The notes beneath the pieces were generated by a model. The model made no database searches, was not told the origin of the DNA, and saw nothing but the letters and a program-made list of their open reading frames with translations. A stretch of 61,899 nucleotides of DNA, counting the filler, from Globobulimina sp. (taxonomy: Eukaryota): NCBI GenBank assembly GCA_003354225.1. It is 23 parts of 23 records of this genome, joined end to end, with 100 filler letters (N's around TTAATTAATTAA, not from the genome) between each part and the next. Parts side by side here need not be neighbours in the genome. Positions count along the whole stretch, not along the records: positions 45,838 to 48,432 come from PIVH01005824.1; positions 48,533 to 51,126 come from PIVH01005825.1; positions 51,227 to 53,820 come from PIVH01005826.1; positions 53,921 to 56,513 come from PIVH01005827.1; positions 56,614 to 59,206 come from PIVH01005828.1; positions 59,307 to 61,899 come from PIVH01005829.1; 17 more parts are not named here. The stretch is one strand, 5' to 3'. Shown here piece by piece: positions 47,835-59,648 of the stretch. The position numbers and the translations under genes are program-made. Position 1 is the stretch's first letter. Each line of letters opens with the position of its first letter.

Positions 47835-48432
47835 ATGGCTTACAATAAGCGTAACAAAAAAGCTTACAATAAACACAATAGGCGATCAAATAAATACTCG
47901 AAGCCATATCAAAATCAAACAGCGGAAAGCTATGAATACACATTAAAATACGGCTTAGATGATGGTACTAATAATTCAAATCATTCTGTAGACAAAGATT
48001 CAATGATAAAATTGGATTTGCCAAGAATTGCAATGTGGGATTTTGGCCAATGCGATGCCAAAAAATGTAGTGGCAAACGTTTAGAAAAATTTGGTTTATG
48101 CAAAGTGCTTAAAATAAAGCAATCATTCAATGGAATAATATTATCACCGGAGGCAAAGCAATCAGTCTCCCCCTCAGATTATGATATAATCCATGAATTA
48201 GGTGTTTGTGCCATAGATTGTTCGTGGGCGCAATTGTCGACTATCCCATGGAAGAAATTAAAAGGTGACAACACGCGTTTATTGCCGTTTCTGGTGGCTG
48301 CCAATCCCATAAATTACGGCAAACCCTTCAAATTGAGCTGTGCCGAGGCATTTGCTGCTTGTTTGTATATTGTTGGAATGAAGAATGAATCTAAATATTT
48401 ATTATCCAAATTTAAATGGGGTCCGACATTTA
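47835..48432 (+). CDS. TSR3: 18S rRNA aminocarboxypropyltransferase TSR3, 3'-partial
   Basis: MWDFGQCDAKKCSGKRL, ILSP..SVSPSD, IDCSWA, RLLPFLVAANPINYGKPFKLSCAEAFAA, FKWGPTF. Confidence 0.95.
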
Positions 48433-48532
48433 NNNNNNNNNNNNNNNNNNNNNNNNNNNNNNNNNNNNNNNNNNNNTTAATTAATTAANNNNNNNNNNNN
48501 NNNNNNNNNNNNNNNNNNNNNNNNNNNNNNNN

Positions 48533-48690
48533 TTGTTTTAATTCAGATTGTAATTGAGTTGTAGTTTTAATTGAAGCTGCTGTACCATCTAGGATAAACG
48601 ATTGTTTACCATCTATTATATCTTGCAGTTTACCTTTAAATTCTTTATTTGAAGCTGCCATTTGTTTAGCTTGTGCTTGATAATCAGCTT
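48533..48690 (-). other. Fragment of a phage/bacterial zeta-toxin-like P-loop kinase abutting the eukaryotic reductase gene
   Basis: QAKQMAASNKEFKGKLQDIIDGKQSFILDGTAASIKTTTQLQSELKQ contains the Walker-B-like SFILDGT motif of zeta-toxin/AAA_33 kinases. Confidence 0.55.
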
Positions 48691-49657
48691 TTGGTTCCAT
48701 AGCCATTGCCTATTTCTTATTGAAAGTATTCCGCTTAGTATGGCAATTAAAGCGGCCCGCCAAGAATTTATCCACTTTTGGCTCATGGACAGTTATAACC
48801 GGTGCTACAGACGGCATTGGTAAAGCAATGGCATTTGAATTGGCCAAAAAAGGACAAAATTTATTAATTATTGGCCGCAATCAAGAGAAATTAGCCAAGA
48901 CAGTGCAAGAAATCAAGGATAAATATAAAAGTATCACTGTCGAGACGTTACTTAGCGATTTGTCGGAGTTCCATTGCAACAAAGAAGTACAAGCTAAATA
49001 TGTAGAGATGATCGCCAATAAGAATGTAGGAATATTAATAAACAATGCCGGCTTAGCCTATCGATATACAGATTATTTCAATCAAGTCTCGCAAGAACGA
49101 ATTGAGAATATGTTATATGTAAATAATTTATCGCCGACATTGCTCATTCATAAAACCATAAAAAACAAATTCTTGGATAAGAAGAAGAGTGCAATCATCA
49201 ATATCTCCTCTGCTGGCTCCATATTACCCCATCCATTGCACGTCGTATATTCCGCAACAAAATCGTATTTAAATAAGATATCTGTTGACTTGGCATCGGA
49301 ATATTATTCAAAAGGCATTTCTGTGCAAGCACAAATGCCGTATTTTGTGGCGACAAAAATGTCCAAAATACGAAAGCCGTCATTTACAACGCCGAGCGCC
49401 AAAGACTATGCTGAAGCTGCTGTCAAACAAATTGGTTATAATGGATTAATATCACCGTATCCGGTGCATGCCGTTATCTTTTTTGTTCTTGATTTTGTTC
49501 CGACATTTATTTTGGAGAAATATGTTCATTGGTTACATGCAAAAATTAAACAGTTTGGTTTTGTTTATTTTCTTGAAATTTCCAACATAAATTATTCACC
49601 GTGTCTTTTGTTGTTGTTTTGTACAGGAAAGGCGATAGGAAATATAAAAATCAATAA
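48690..49657 (+). CDS. HSD17B12: Very-long-chain 3-oxoacyl-CoA reductase (KAR/HSD17B12, SDR family), start missing; intron about 49553-49626
   Basis: WTVITGATDGIGKAMAFELAKKG, ILINNAG, IINISS, YSATKSY, PYFVATKMSKIR; N-terminal TM FGSIAIAYFLLKVF. Confidence 0.9.
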
Positions 49658-49777
49658 ATTTATTCGTAGTAATTAATTGACATTTATTCTAGTTTGTTCT
49701 TTTAATTTATATTAATTATAAGTCCAAGATCCAAAAAGCTAAAAAAAGCAAAGTGTTTCTTAAAGTCTTGAAATGTA

Positions 49778-50504
49778 CAGTCATTTCTCTCTATAAGAGC
49801 TGATCTTATAGAGCAATTCTTACCAATTTTCCCCTGAGTTTCCTAGTCATTGATCTTATAAACAGCACTGATCTTATATAAGATTAGATCCTATATAAAA
49901 TATTTTCTGACATTATTTGTTAATTTTCTATAAGAACACGGTTTTTTTTACTTCAAAATTTAAATCATTTTCCAATCACTTTGACTCATAGTCACTTTAA
50001 CTGTGGAACCTTGTGGTGAATTCTGAAATGGTACAAGAAGAAGAAAAGGTCGATGGAGTCACTACACAAGTTTGGTCTGCAAAAGAATCCAGATGTGGTA
50101 AAGTGATATGTATCAATAATGATCATTGTGGTTGTAAAAATAAAACATATGGCCATATCAACATCAAACCATTAGATATTTTATTATTTACATATCCAGA
50201 TATTGCTTATTTGGGCCATCGTGCAGAGAGTGTTGGTCATAGAATGTTGGTAAATGCACCAAACCAAAGTGACACGACTAAATATATCACAATTCTTCTT
50301 TTGATGCGTAACTTGACTGCAGAAATCATTGCTAACGCAAAAAATGTTAATTGAATATTTTCTATAATATCAAATTAAATATTTTTCTATAAGATCCTGA
50401 TCTTATAGACAAATTCTTACCAATTTTATCCAGAGTTTCCTAGTCATTGACCTTATAAACAGCACTGATCTTATAGTGAATGAGCTTATAGAGACAAATG
50501 ACTG
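49778..50504. mobile_element. Non-autonomous Tc1/mariner-pogo-type DNA transposon (MITE), 727 bp
   Basis: TIRs CAGTCATTTCTCTCTATAAG / CTTATAGAGACAAATGACTG (1 mismatch), TA on both flanks (49776-49777, 50505-50506) and a ~90-bp subterminal direct repeat at ~49790 and ~50387. Confidence 0.85.
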
Positions 50505-51855
50505 TATTGCCCAAACGACATGGAATATGAATGATGAGACCGCCATGATCTATCAATTAGGTATATACAATCACGATGTCCCAGTGAATGAATTAGCAGT
50601 CGATGCCATTGATCATTATCATCGGATTTTATGTGAAAGTCGAAATCAAAGGTTCCTCTTTGATGCATTAAACGAGGAAAACAAATTGACATTTATCGAA
50701 AGAAGAAAAGCAGAAATTACAACTGCCAAACAAGCAAAAGAAGATGAAAGAGACAGAAATGAAAATAAAGTTTAGTAAAAAATACTGATTTTTATATCTT
50801 AAAACTTGACCGGATAACATGGCAAAAACAAACCGGACAAACATTTTTTATCACAGAAAGCAACCGGTTTAGTAATCCAATCATTGAACAAAACGCTTTC
50901 CAAACACACACAAAACAACACTGACGAAATTAATACAAAGTTGTTCAAACAAACAGAGATGAATTGCCATCATACAATGACTGATATTATCCATAACTGT
51001 CAACATTTACAACGATTAGCATTTGCGTTAAAATATTATAATAATAAGAATAAATCAGTGAAAGAATGGAGTAATTTTTGTTTGACTGTGTATGGTGTTT
51101 TTGTGTTGGATGATTATTATCATTTANNNNNNNNNNNNNNNNNNNNNNNNNNNNNNNNNNNNNNNNNNNNTTAATTAATTAANNNNNNNNNNNNNNNNNN
51201 NNNNNNNNNNNNNNNNNNNNNNNNNNCAGCAACCTCTGATAGTGAATTGATAGAAAATTGATAGCAAATGATATTTATTTGGAATGTGCAAACCTTGAAT
51301 CATAAATAATAAGAACATGATGGAGACCCACAGTGTTAAAATGGCATACATTAAATGGGGACATGACGAATATAAGCGGCGCAATGAAAAAAATATATAA
51401 ATGTTGTATATTCCATAAGTCCACAATAAAATAAATACATGAAACAATGAGGCATATAAAAGTAACTGTATATCATGTGTACGTATGTTTGAATTAGCCA
51501 TATTTTGTATAAACTACATCATACTTTTTGAATCCAAAATTGCTTATCGCTAAACAACGACGTTCCCATGAGACTCAAAACAAGTAAGCTGTTGAAAATA
51601 TTTTACCAGAACTCAGTATCTTCAAAAAAAAAGAACTCAGTATATAGTTTTCGTTTTGTGCTGACATATTTGAAACAGTTAATTAAATTTTGTAGGTTTC
51701 CTTATATAAAGCTGCGGATTTGATGAAAAATTGTCGGCTGAATAGTGATCTCAAGTTCAATCAACGTTTATTAAATAAAAAAATAACTTAGATGTTTACG
51801 TATACTGTTTAGTAAAAAATGAAATATAAAATTCCTGAAAACTGTTTTTATATTT

Positions 51856-52587
51856 CTATCTATTTACTACGATGCTTCTCGCACTTGGATCGTTTGAATT
51901 ACTCCATTTTGGTACAAAAAAATATGGTATTAATTCTAATCCCACACCAAAATATTCATTGTATATTTTTCTATAATAATATGCTTCTTTGGAAATTGGA
52001 ATTTTTAAACCTTTTGATTGATATAAATTACATATATTATTATATTCTTTATCACCAATAATATTATTAACGTATTCTTTTAATAATAAATCAAATGACT
52101 TTTTAATATTTGATATTCCATCATCCATTTGTTCTTTTTCGCGCCATAAGATATCATTTGGGATTAAATCATCATTTTCAAATGCTTTGCGTAATAAATA
52201 TTTTTCAGTTTTTTTATATTTGGGTGCTCTTAAAATAGGTGCTATTTTTAAAACATTTTTCACAAATAATTTATAGTTATTATTTAATATTTAGTTATTA
52301 TTATTTTTAATGGGTATTTTTGCTTCAAATGTTTTATAACTATTTTCATCATGAATACGTTTTAATATACCATTATATGTAACATTATGAACAAACGGTT
52401 GCATTCCTAAACTGCTTAAATCATTAATTGCTAATCTATGGAAACCAAAATGAAGGTTTTCATTAATTACGAAATATTTTGTTGAATCGGGACCACGTTG
52501 TTTAATTTTCATCATATTTGAATAAATTTTAGTTTTTGGATACTTATTAGCAATGTGTTTTGCTAACAGTGCAAAGATACCACACAT
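51856..52587 (-). pseudogene. asnB: Asparagine synthetase (glutamine-hydrolysing) remnant with a large internal deletion
   Basis: N-terminus MCGIFALL..KQRGPDS..GFHRLAINDLSSLGMQPF and C-terminus EKYLLRKAF..ILWREKEQMDDG..KEAYYYRKIY..PKWSNSNDPSAR span only ~730 bp, with a stop codon between them. Confidence 0.85.
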
Positions 52588-52717
52588 CTTTTTGTGACAA
52601 AACGAACAGAAAACTGTAATATTTAAGCTTTCAAAGGTGGCGATGAGCCATATCACAGCTCAGAAAGGTTCGAAATAAACAACTCAAATAGCCATTGCTT
52701 CCGCAGTCAAAATCAAA

Positions 52718-53820
52718 TCAAAGTTTATCCATTCTCCAATCAATACCTCTCCTCCAACAAACAATCATTTTTGATGCGGTCAACATATCATTTATATTCA
52801 TATCCTGTTTGCTCATTGTCATTAAGGGTCCAAATATTCTCCCTAATTGTTCCGAATTCATACGTGTATTATATTCATTCTTAGCCACTTTAGCTAACAT
52901 ATCCCAGACAAATCGGGTAACTGCGCCATGTTCCACATCTATTGCCTCTAAAACCCTCCACATTGCATCTTTGCTCACTCCGTTATCAAATACTTTCTTA
53001 TCCACAAAGCTCAACAAAGGACTCGCCATTTCACTAAAAAATGCAATGATATTATTCGATATCAAATATGATTCATCCTTATCCTTATTCGAAGCTATTG
53101 TGTCTGGATCAAATATTCCTTCTTTTTCATAACCTCCATTATCATTCAATTTCTGTTCCAACATAACTAAAACAGTGGGGATATCCGACTCATATCCAGG
53201 CACTGTCTGTTTCTTCATACTATTTAAGTCTTTACCGAAAGCTGCCATTATTTCTGAATTTAAATCATTTCCATTTTGATCCACCAACTGCGGACCACTG
53301 TTATTTGCTGCAATTGGCGCGTATTGTGGCTCTTTTTGCTCTGTAACCACATCATTATCATAAGCTGATCCATATTGTTGCTGATCATTGATGTTAACAT
53401 TAACTGTCACATTGGTATCTGTAGTGTTATTATCGGGTGGCGGCGTAACTGCCGTTTGTTCCAACTGTTCAGAGCTATTATTGTCTGATGATGGAGTTTG
53501 CTGTGACTTGTTGGTTGGGGGTGGTCGCGTTGGTTGCGTTCCTTGAGTCGATTCCTTTGGCGGAGGAACACCATTTTGACGTTGAGCGAGCGGTGGAGGT
53601 AAACTACAGCCTAAGTTACAAAATTTAGTCCACACTGAAAATACTAAATATATAAAAGACAGTATAATTGTGATTACGCCGGTTGCTATGGAGAAATCGT
53701 CACCAAATGTCAATATTACTGTGCCTTAAAAAAAATAAGATGAGTTATTTTTTGTTTTGATGTATTTTATTTATAATTGGAACATACCAATAAATAAGAA
53801 TGTCAATCCCCGGCCGAGAA
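52718..53820 (-). CDS. TVP15/COPI-associated membrane domain fused through a Pro/Gln linker to a RhoGAP-like domain; intron 53725-53787; 5'-partial
   Basis: Spliced LGRGLTFLFIGTVIL...TGVITIILSFIYL; RhoGAP motifs IPTVL..GGYEKEGIF, FFSEMASPLL and NTRMNSEQLGRIFGPLM. Confidence 0.7.
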
Positions 53821-53920
53821 NNNNNNNNNNNNNNNNNNNNNNNNNNNNNNNNNNNNNNNNNNNNTTAATTAATTAANNNNNNNNNNNNNNNNNNNNNNNN
53901 NNNNNNNNNNNNNNNNNNNN

Positions 53921-56513
53921 AATACTAATTATAATACAAATTTCAATCCAAATGATAATTACAATGCTTATAATAACCGATATCGAGGCAGGGGTATAAG
54001 AGGGAGAGGAAGAGGAAGAGGCAGAGGAAGAGGAAGAGGCAGAGGAAGAGGCACTGACAGAGGCCGAGGCCGAGGCAGAGGTGGATATAATAACAATTTC
54101 AACCAAACCAGAAACAACTACAATGATAATAATTATAATAATTATAATAACAGATCACGGGGAAGAGGTAGAAGCAGAGGAAGAGGGAGAGGCAGAGGAA
54201 GAGGCAGAGCAGCACACAGAGGGAGGGGTAGAGCGCGAGGAAGATATCACAATAACAACAATTTTAATTCTAAACCGTATAACGCCGATAAAACAGACAA
54301 TAAATCGTGGAAACAGTTAACTATTTTACCGTACAGATGGCAACGCAAACAGCCGCAAGATGATGATAAGCAGGACCCGTATCAGCAAGAAGGCAAAGTG
54401 CAAATAACCAATGATGCAGCGGTCGAAGTTGACGGTGAATGGATATGGTGCAGTCATTCTGAATCAGTGCAATATGAACAAGAATTTAACTCTGATAACA
54501 AAACATTGCCACATAAATTCGAAGCACTTGGCTTATTTCGAAGAATGATAAGATTCGAAGGCAATGTCATTAAAATCATACCACGAAAAACAATGGGTTT
54601 TGTGCAACCGAATTATCCCCAACAAAATGACGCCATTGGTATTGCATTTTATTATGGCGATTTTACCGAGGAACGTATAAATGCAACCAATCCATTGAGA
54701 AAGGGACATAAATTACAATATTCATTGCAGTTTCACAGTACTCCCAAACCAGGCTATCGAGCGGTTGATATTAAGATTATATCGCGAGAGGTGTCTGGCT
54801 CGCCTTCCCTGTCCGTTACATCTGCCCAATCCATGCCCAATATGTCTGAATTGAATGTAGGAGCTCCTTCTCCTCATTTTGCACCGGGACATGGTGCAGC
54901 AAGTGCATCGACAATGAAATTAGAAAGATATGTTGATCGAGTTCAAGAAATAAACATATCTAAACAGCGGGGATTGATTTGGTGTACAACATTAAATACG
55001 TTGATTGAATTTGATTTGGCTGCATGCACTGAGATGGATATTGAGAAAGATTGTTATGTTGAATATTGCGTAGAAAATGCAAAAGCGACGAGGGTTACAT
55101 TGGTGATTTTGGATTACAAATGGAAAGAATTTGAAAATAGCAATAAGCGGTGGAACAAATGTTCATATCAACAATGTGTTGATTATGAAAATATGTATAA
55201 CCAAAATCATTTGAGTATTGAGAGTGAACTAAATTTGAATGGGAAACGTTTAAAGAGATATACTGTTTAGTTAATATGTACTTATTTGGACACACAACAC
55301 AAACAACATAAACACAAAGAGGTTTCAAGGGAAAGTTAAGCGATTTAATGCAGACAAAAGGATGGGATATGTTCAATATGGAGTTAAATATAGTGTGATT
55401 TTTGAAGCAGATGAATGTGATTTTAATACAGCATTTTTGTGTGAAAATGACATGATTTCGTATGAAATTGATCGGGATGAAGATGTGTACGGTGTGCCTA
55501 CTGTGAAATGTATAAACGTTAAGTTTCTGCCCATTCGGTATTTGTGGCGAGAAAAAGCGATAAATGGTACTGATGAATGGAGGAATTGTTCAGTTCAAAA
55601 ATCAAAACAATTAGAAAACAAATATTATCAACGTTGGAAGCAAAATAAAAATAAAGACATCTGTGAACATGCGAGTAATACAAAATATTCACGAACTGTA
55701 ATGTTCATTGGACAAATATCAAAATGTAAAGGCACGATTCAATTCGATTTAGACGATGAATATAAAAATATTGTGGTTGGCTTTGATGCGGAAGAATGCA
55801 AAAATCAGTCATTTAACGAGAATGCGGAAATACAATTTAAATTAGTCAACACAGAGCAGGGTGTTTGCAAAGCTGTGGATTTATCAAAACCAGGCGAATG
55901 CAAAAGGAAATGTGGCATAATTACACGCATTGATAAGAGCAAAAAAGTGGGTTATCTCAAATGCAATGATGACAACAAGGAATATACGTTTTGGTTTTCA
56001 GAATGTAATAACAACGTTAATCCCATGTATATACCGAAAGGTACGCGGATTGAATATGAATTGAGATATTTCACAAAGCCGCAGCCGGCGTATAACGCAA
56101 CAAAGATTTGTTTGTATCTATTGCCGTACCAATGGGTGACATATGATGATGCGAATAAAATGTGGAGACCACAGACCATTGATACATCGATATTATTTGA
56201 AAAAACATTCAATTCGTCGTCAAAAATAAATGATTTGCAATTGAAAATTGGCGAAAATATTCGGGTGCGGAAATTTCAAAGAAAAATAAAAGAATTAAAA
56301 AATAATGGCGGTTTAGTTGAGATCAGCTATAACGACGAAATTAAAAATGCCTGCATTTATTTTGATTTTAGAGAGTTACAGTTTGATGCCAAATATTTAC
56401 AAAATGGAGATGAAATTATTTATGAATTGAAAAAAGAAAACTATCCAAGACCACAATGGAAAGCTGTTAATATTCAGTTTGCAAATATTATACCATTGTT
56501 AAATTATTTTTCT
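53921..56513 (+). CDS. RG/RGG-rich protein with multiple cold-shock (OB) domains interspersed with WWE-like segments; intron 55265-55319; partial at both ends
   Basis: The frame is open from 53921 (N/Y-rich, two RG tracts). CSD motifs are FEGNVIKIIPRKTMGFV, FQGKVKRFNADKRMGYV and CGIITRIDKSKKVGYL. Four YxW...W..C/Y....E..Y/F segments are interspersed. Confidence 0.75.
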
Positions 56514-56864
56514 NNNNNNNNNNNNNNNNNNNNNNNNNNNNNNNNNNNNNNNNNNNNTTAATTAATTAANNNNNNNNNNNNNNNNNNNNNNNNNNNNNNN
56601 NNNNNNNNNNNNNCAAGTCAAGTTAATTCCTGAACTCATTGTTTCTCGACATAGAAATGCTCAAAATTAAATGTGGTGGTTATAACTCACATGGACGTAG
56701 GTTTGAATCCTTCCTGAGTCAGCATAGGAAATTCTTATTTTTAAAACGAGGTGTTTCTAACACGTCCTATTCTAAAGTATAATAGTTATTTTTTACAATT
56801 GCAATGGCTGCCTTGTACCAAGAAATAGCTGAATTAAATATGTTTGTGAATTATGATTTGAACA

Positions 56865-58988
56865 TTATAGTTCTTGATGTAAATGTTTGTTCGTGTCATC
56901 ATTTTGCTGTATCACCTCTTCTTCATTTTGATTATGTTTACATTGCATTTGCCATCTTTTAGCAATTTTAATCCAATCTAAATTATGAAATAACGAACTT
57001 ATATAATACCCAAACATTTCCATTTTAGTCCTTGGGAAATTAAATGTTTTCTGTAACGAAGTCCCGATATGTTTGATATCAATTGCTTGTCCGATAATTT
57101 CTTTTGTTTTATATTTTTTTTTATTAATTTTTTTATATTCAACTTGTTTTAATTTATGTCCACCAATAAAATCATTATAAAAACTATGACTCCATAAATC
57201 AACCAACATTAAAATGCCATCATCATTTAAATTATCATTTGCTTCATATCTCAAAGTATGTTGAAAATATAATTTATTATTTTCATCTGTATTGTTACAT
57301 AAAATCCATACAAATCCGGCCGAATAATATACAGAATTCCTATCAATATATTTGATAATGTCCTGTGTTAATTGCACAACGCCGCCAAACTGTTTGTTAA
57401 TAACACCAATAAATTCACTCATTTCCGACCAATGTTCTTTGGATATTTCTTTTGTTTTAAACTGATCAAAAAAATATCTATGAAAGAAATAATTATTCAA
57501 ATAAAATAATTCCAATCCCTTCATTTGCTTTGCTTCCATATCTTTGATAAAATATTTAATATCAATCACTCGACTGTTTGTTATATATTTTTCATAATTT
57601 ACAATTGTTGTATTTAATAATAACGTATTTGCATATATTAATTTGTTATGAATTATTAGCGACTCAATCGAGATTTGGTTCCTGTCCATTCCTCTTTTTT
57701 CCAGCCATCCATAATCAGTCCAATATTGCCTGTTATTCCCAGCAACAAATCTGTCCAATTCTTGTTTAACATTTTCATTCTTATCAATCACTGTCATTCC
57801 ATTAATATTTGCATTTGCTGCTATTTGCAACCAATTATTCAACACTTTTTCAATTATTTTCAAATAAGTCTTAATTTCTTGGTTAAATCTTCCAATTTGT
57901 TCAAATGTATTGATACAAATCATTTTTTTGTCATTAATTGAAGCTAAATAAGTTTCAATTGGATTATTACCAGACATTAAGTCTGAAATTGTGACAAATT
58001 CAATCTTGACTTCATTCTCATTCTTATTATCAATGCAAATAAAACCATCTCGAAAATATTCATATTGTAAATCCTTTTCAATCACATTCATAATCTCACC
58101 AATTGCAATGATATCCATTCCTTCATTGTTATTCTCATAATTGCCATACAATGAATTTGTAAATAAAAAATGTATGCTTTCGATTGTTAATCGATATAAA
58201 ACGTCGTCCAATTCAATCTTATTTTTTTTGGCATAATTTGTTTCAATTTGATTCAAATAAATATCCCATTTATTTTTTAGATTTTCATAGTTTGATAAGA
58301 TAAATATTTCAATATCTTTTTTATTGGTAATGGCATTCAGCGGCATTGCTCTTATTCTTTTATTTTTATTTTTATTTTTTAGGTTAAACCGATTATTCAA
58401 TCTCCATTTTATGAATGTGTTTAAATCTGCATTATTTTGCATATATTTATTTGATGAATATTCATAAATATATAATAATTTTCTATTGATACTCTCCCCC
58501 AAAAAATCACAATATTCAATGTTATTATTGATCCATTTTTTGTTTTCTTTGTTCTTTCCATCTGTTATAATTAAATAATTTGGAAATGTGCATTTCTTTA
58601 CTTTTAATGTCAAGTCATTTAGTAATAAATCAATATCAATGGATGGGTTTAAGGAGAAAAACAAGGATGAAAGCAATAGTTCTTCCAAATAAACATTATA
58701 TTGAATGCGTAGTGTTATTATTAGCATGAAACCAATAAACAAAATAAATAAACAATTTAATGAGAAAGGACTTGCATTATTTTCCGATTCTGTCTTACTT
58801 TGAATATAATTTATTATTTCTAATGTATTTGCATCGGGTTTAATTGTTCGATATTCATTTACTAAATCTTGGTGTTTAGAAAGGTATTCATTTTTGGCTT
58901 TTAACATTAGAGCCCGTAATTCTTCTTTACTTCCAGCGGTGGGTGATCCATCGGGGTCTTTCTCTGCGGACTGTGCAGCAGTGCTCAT
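56865..58988 (-). CDS. Hypothetical 707-aa membrane-anchored protein ending in the ER-retention-like signal HQEL
   Basis: Intronless ORF, TM helix near aa 77-95, C-terminal HQEL. Confidence 0.7.
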   Translation of the reverse strand: MSTAAQSAEKDPDGSPTAGSKEELRALMLKAKNEYLSKHQDLVNEYRTIKPDANTLEIINYIQSKTESENNASPFSLNCLFILFIGFMLIITLRIQYNVYLEELLLSSLFFSLNPSIDIDLLLNDLTLKVKKCTFPNYLIITDGKNKENKKWINNNIEYCDFLGESINRKLLYIYEYSSNKYMQNNADLNTFIKWRLNNRFNLKNKNKNKRIRAMPLNAITNKKDIEIFILSNYENLKNKWDIYLNQIETNYAKKNKIELDDVLYRLTIESIHFLFTNSLYGNYENNNEGMDIIAIGEIMNVIEKDLQYEYFRDGFICIDNKNENEVKIEFVTISDLMSGNNPIETYLASINDKKMICINTFEQIGRFNQEIKTYLKIIEKVLNNWLQIAANANINGMTVIDKNENVKQELDRFVAGNNRQYWTDYGWLEKRGMDRNQISIESLIIHNKLIYANTLLLNTTIVNYEKYITNSRVIDIKYFIKDMEAKQMKGLELFYLNNYFFHRYFFDQFKTKEISKEHWSEMSEFIGVINKQFGGVVQLTQDIIKYIDRNSVYYSAGFVWILCNNTDENNKLYFQHTLRYEANDNLNDDGILMLVDLWSHSFYNDFIGGHKLKQVEYKKINKKKYKTKEIIGQAIDIKHIGTSLQKTFNFPRTKMEMFGYYISSLFHNLDWIKIAKRWQMQCKHNQNEEEVIQQNDDTNKHLHQEL

Positions 58989-59306
58989 TTAGCCTACAGT
59001 TTTCAGCTGCGTTTATCTTAAAACTTTAATTTGTTCATGAAATCACTAAAAAACAATCTGTTGACGATTCACAATAACACCACCGCCAATATATTTCAAT
59101 TAATATCCAATTTCTCTGCATTTGCATAAAATGGATTTATTCCCATAAACCATTGACCGCCATATTTCCGTACATTAAATATAACCTTAAATAACAACAA
59201 CAAATANNNNNNNNNNNNNNNNNNNNNNNNNNNNNNNNNNNNNNNNNNNNTTAATTAATTAANNNNNNNNNNNNNNNNNNNNNNNNNNNNNNNNNNNNNN
59301 NNNNNN

Positions 59307-59599
59307 CATCTGTTTTTGTTTTATGTATGAGTTATATTTAATAAATTATGCATATAAATTATAAATCATACAAAATGAGTATGACAGTCCCATAATCCGG
59401 GCATTAAAACATGCACAGAAATGTCTCTTGAAATGGTTTGCTTATCATTTGGAATACTTTGGTAATCCTGGAGCGTGCCAACATAATCTATGGTATCATT
59501 TTTTAATATCACTACACCGTTATAAATTGGATTACCTTTGCCTGGGATAATTATTTTGGCAAAGATTCTTTGATATTTATCCGTATTTACAGTTGACAT
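59307..59599 (-). CDS. Amidohydrolase-family (imidazolonepropionase/prolidase-like) protein, first exon
   Basis: IIIPGKG..IYNGVVILKNDTIDYVG and VLMPGLWDCHTHF (HxH metal motif). Confidence 0.85.
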
Positions 59600-59648
59600 G
59601 ATTTACACTAAAAAATAACTGTTTTCTTTCTTTATTCCACAATATACC

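Noticed and set aside
56660-56722. tRNA gene (GTAGGTTTGAATCCT T-arm-like)
   Set aside because: The T-loop is mutated and there is no convincing D-arm or acceptor stem; at most a tRNA-derived relic
2599-59306. Regularly spaced TTAATTAATTAA motif as a biological repeat, and gene clusters across it
   Set aside because: It is a concatenation linker embedded in Ns, and neighbouring contigs are ordered only by length
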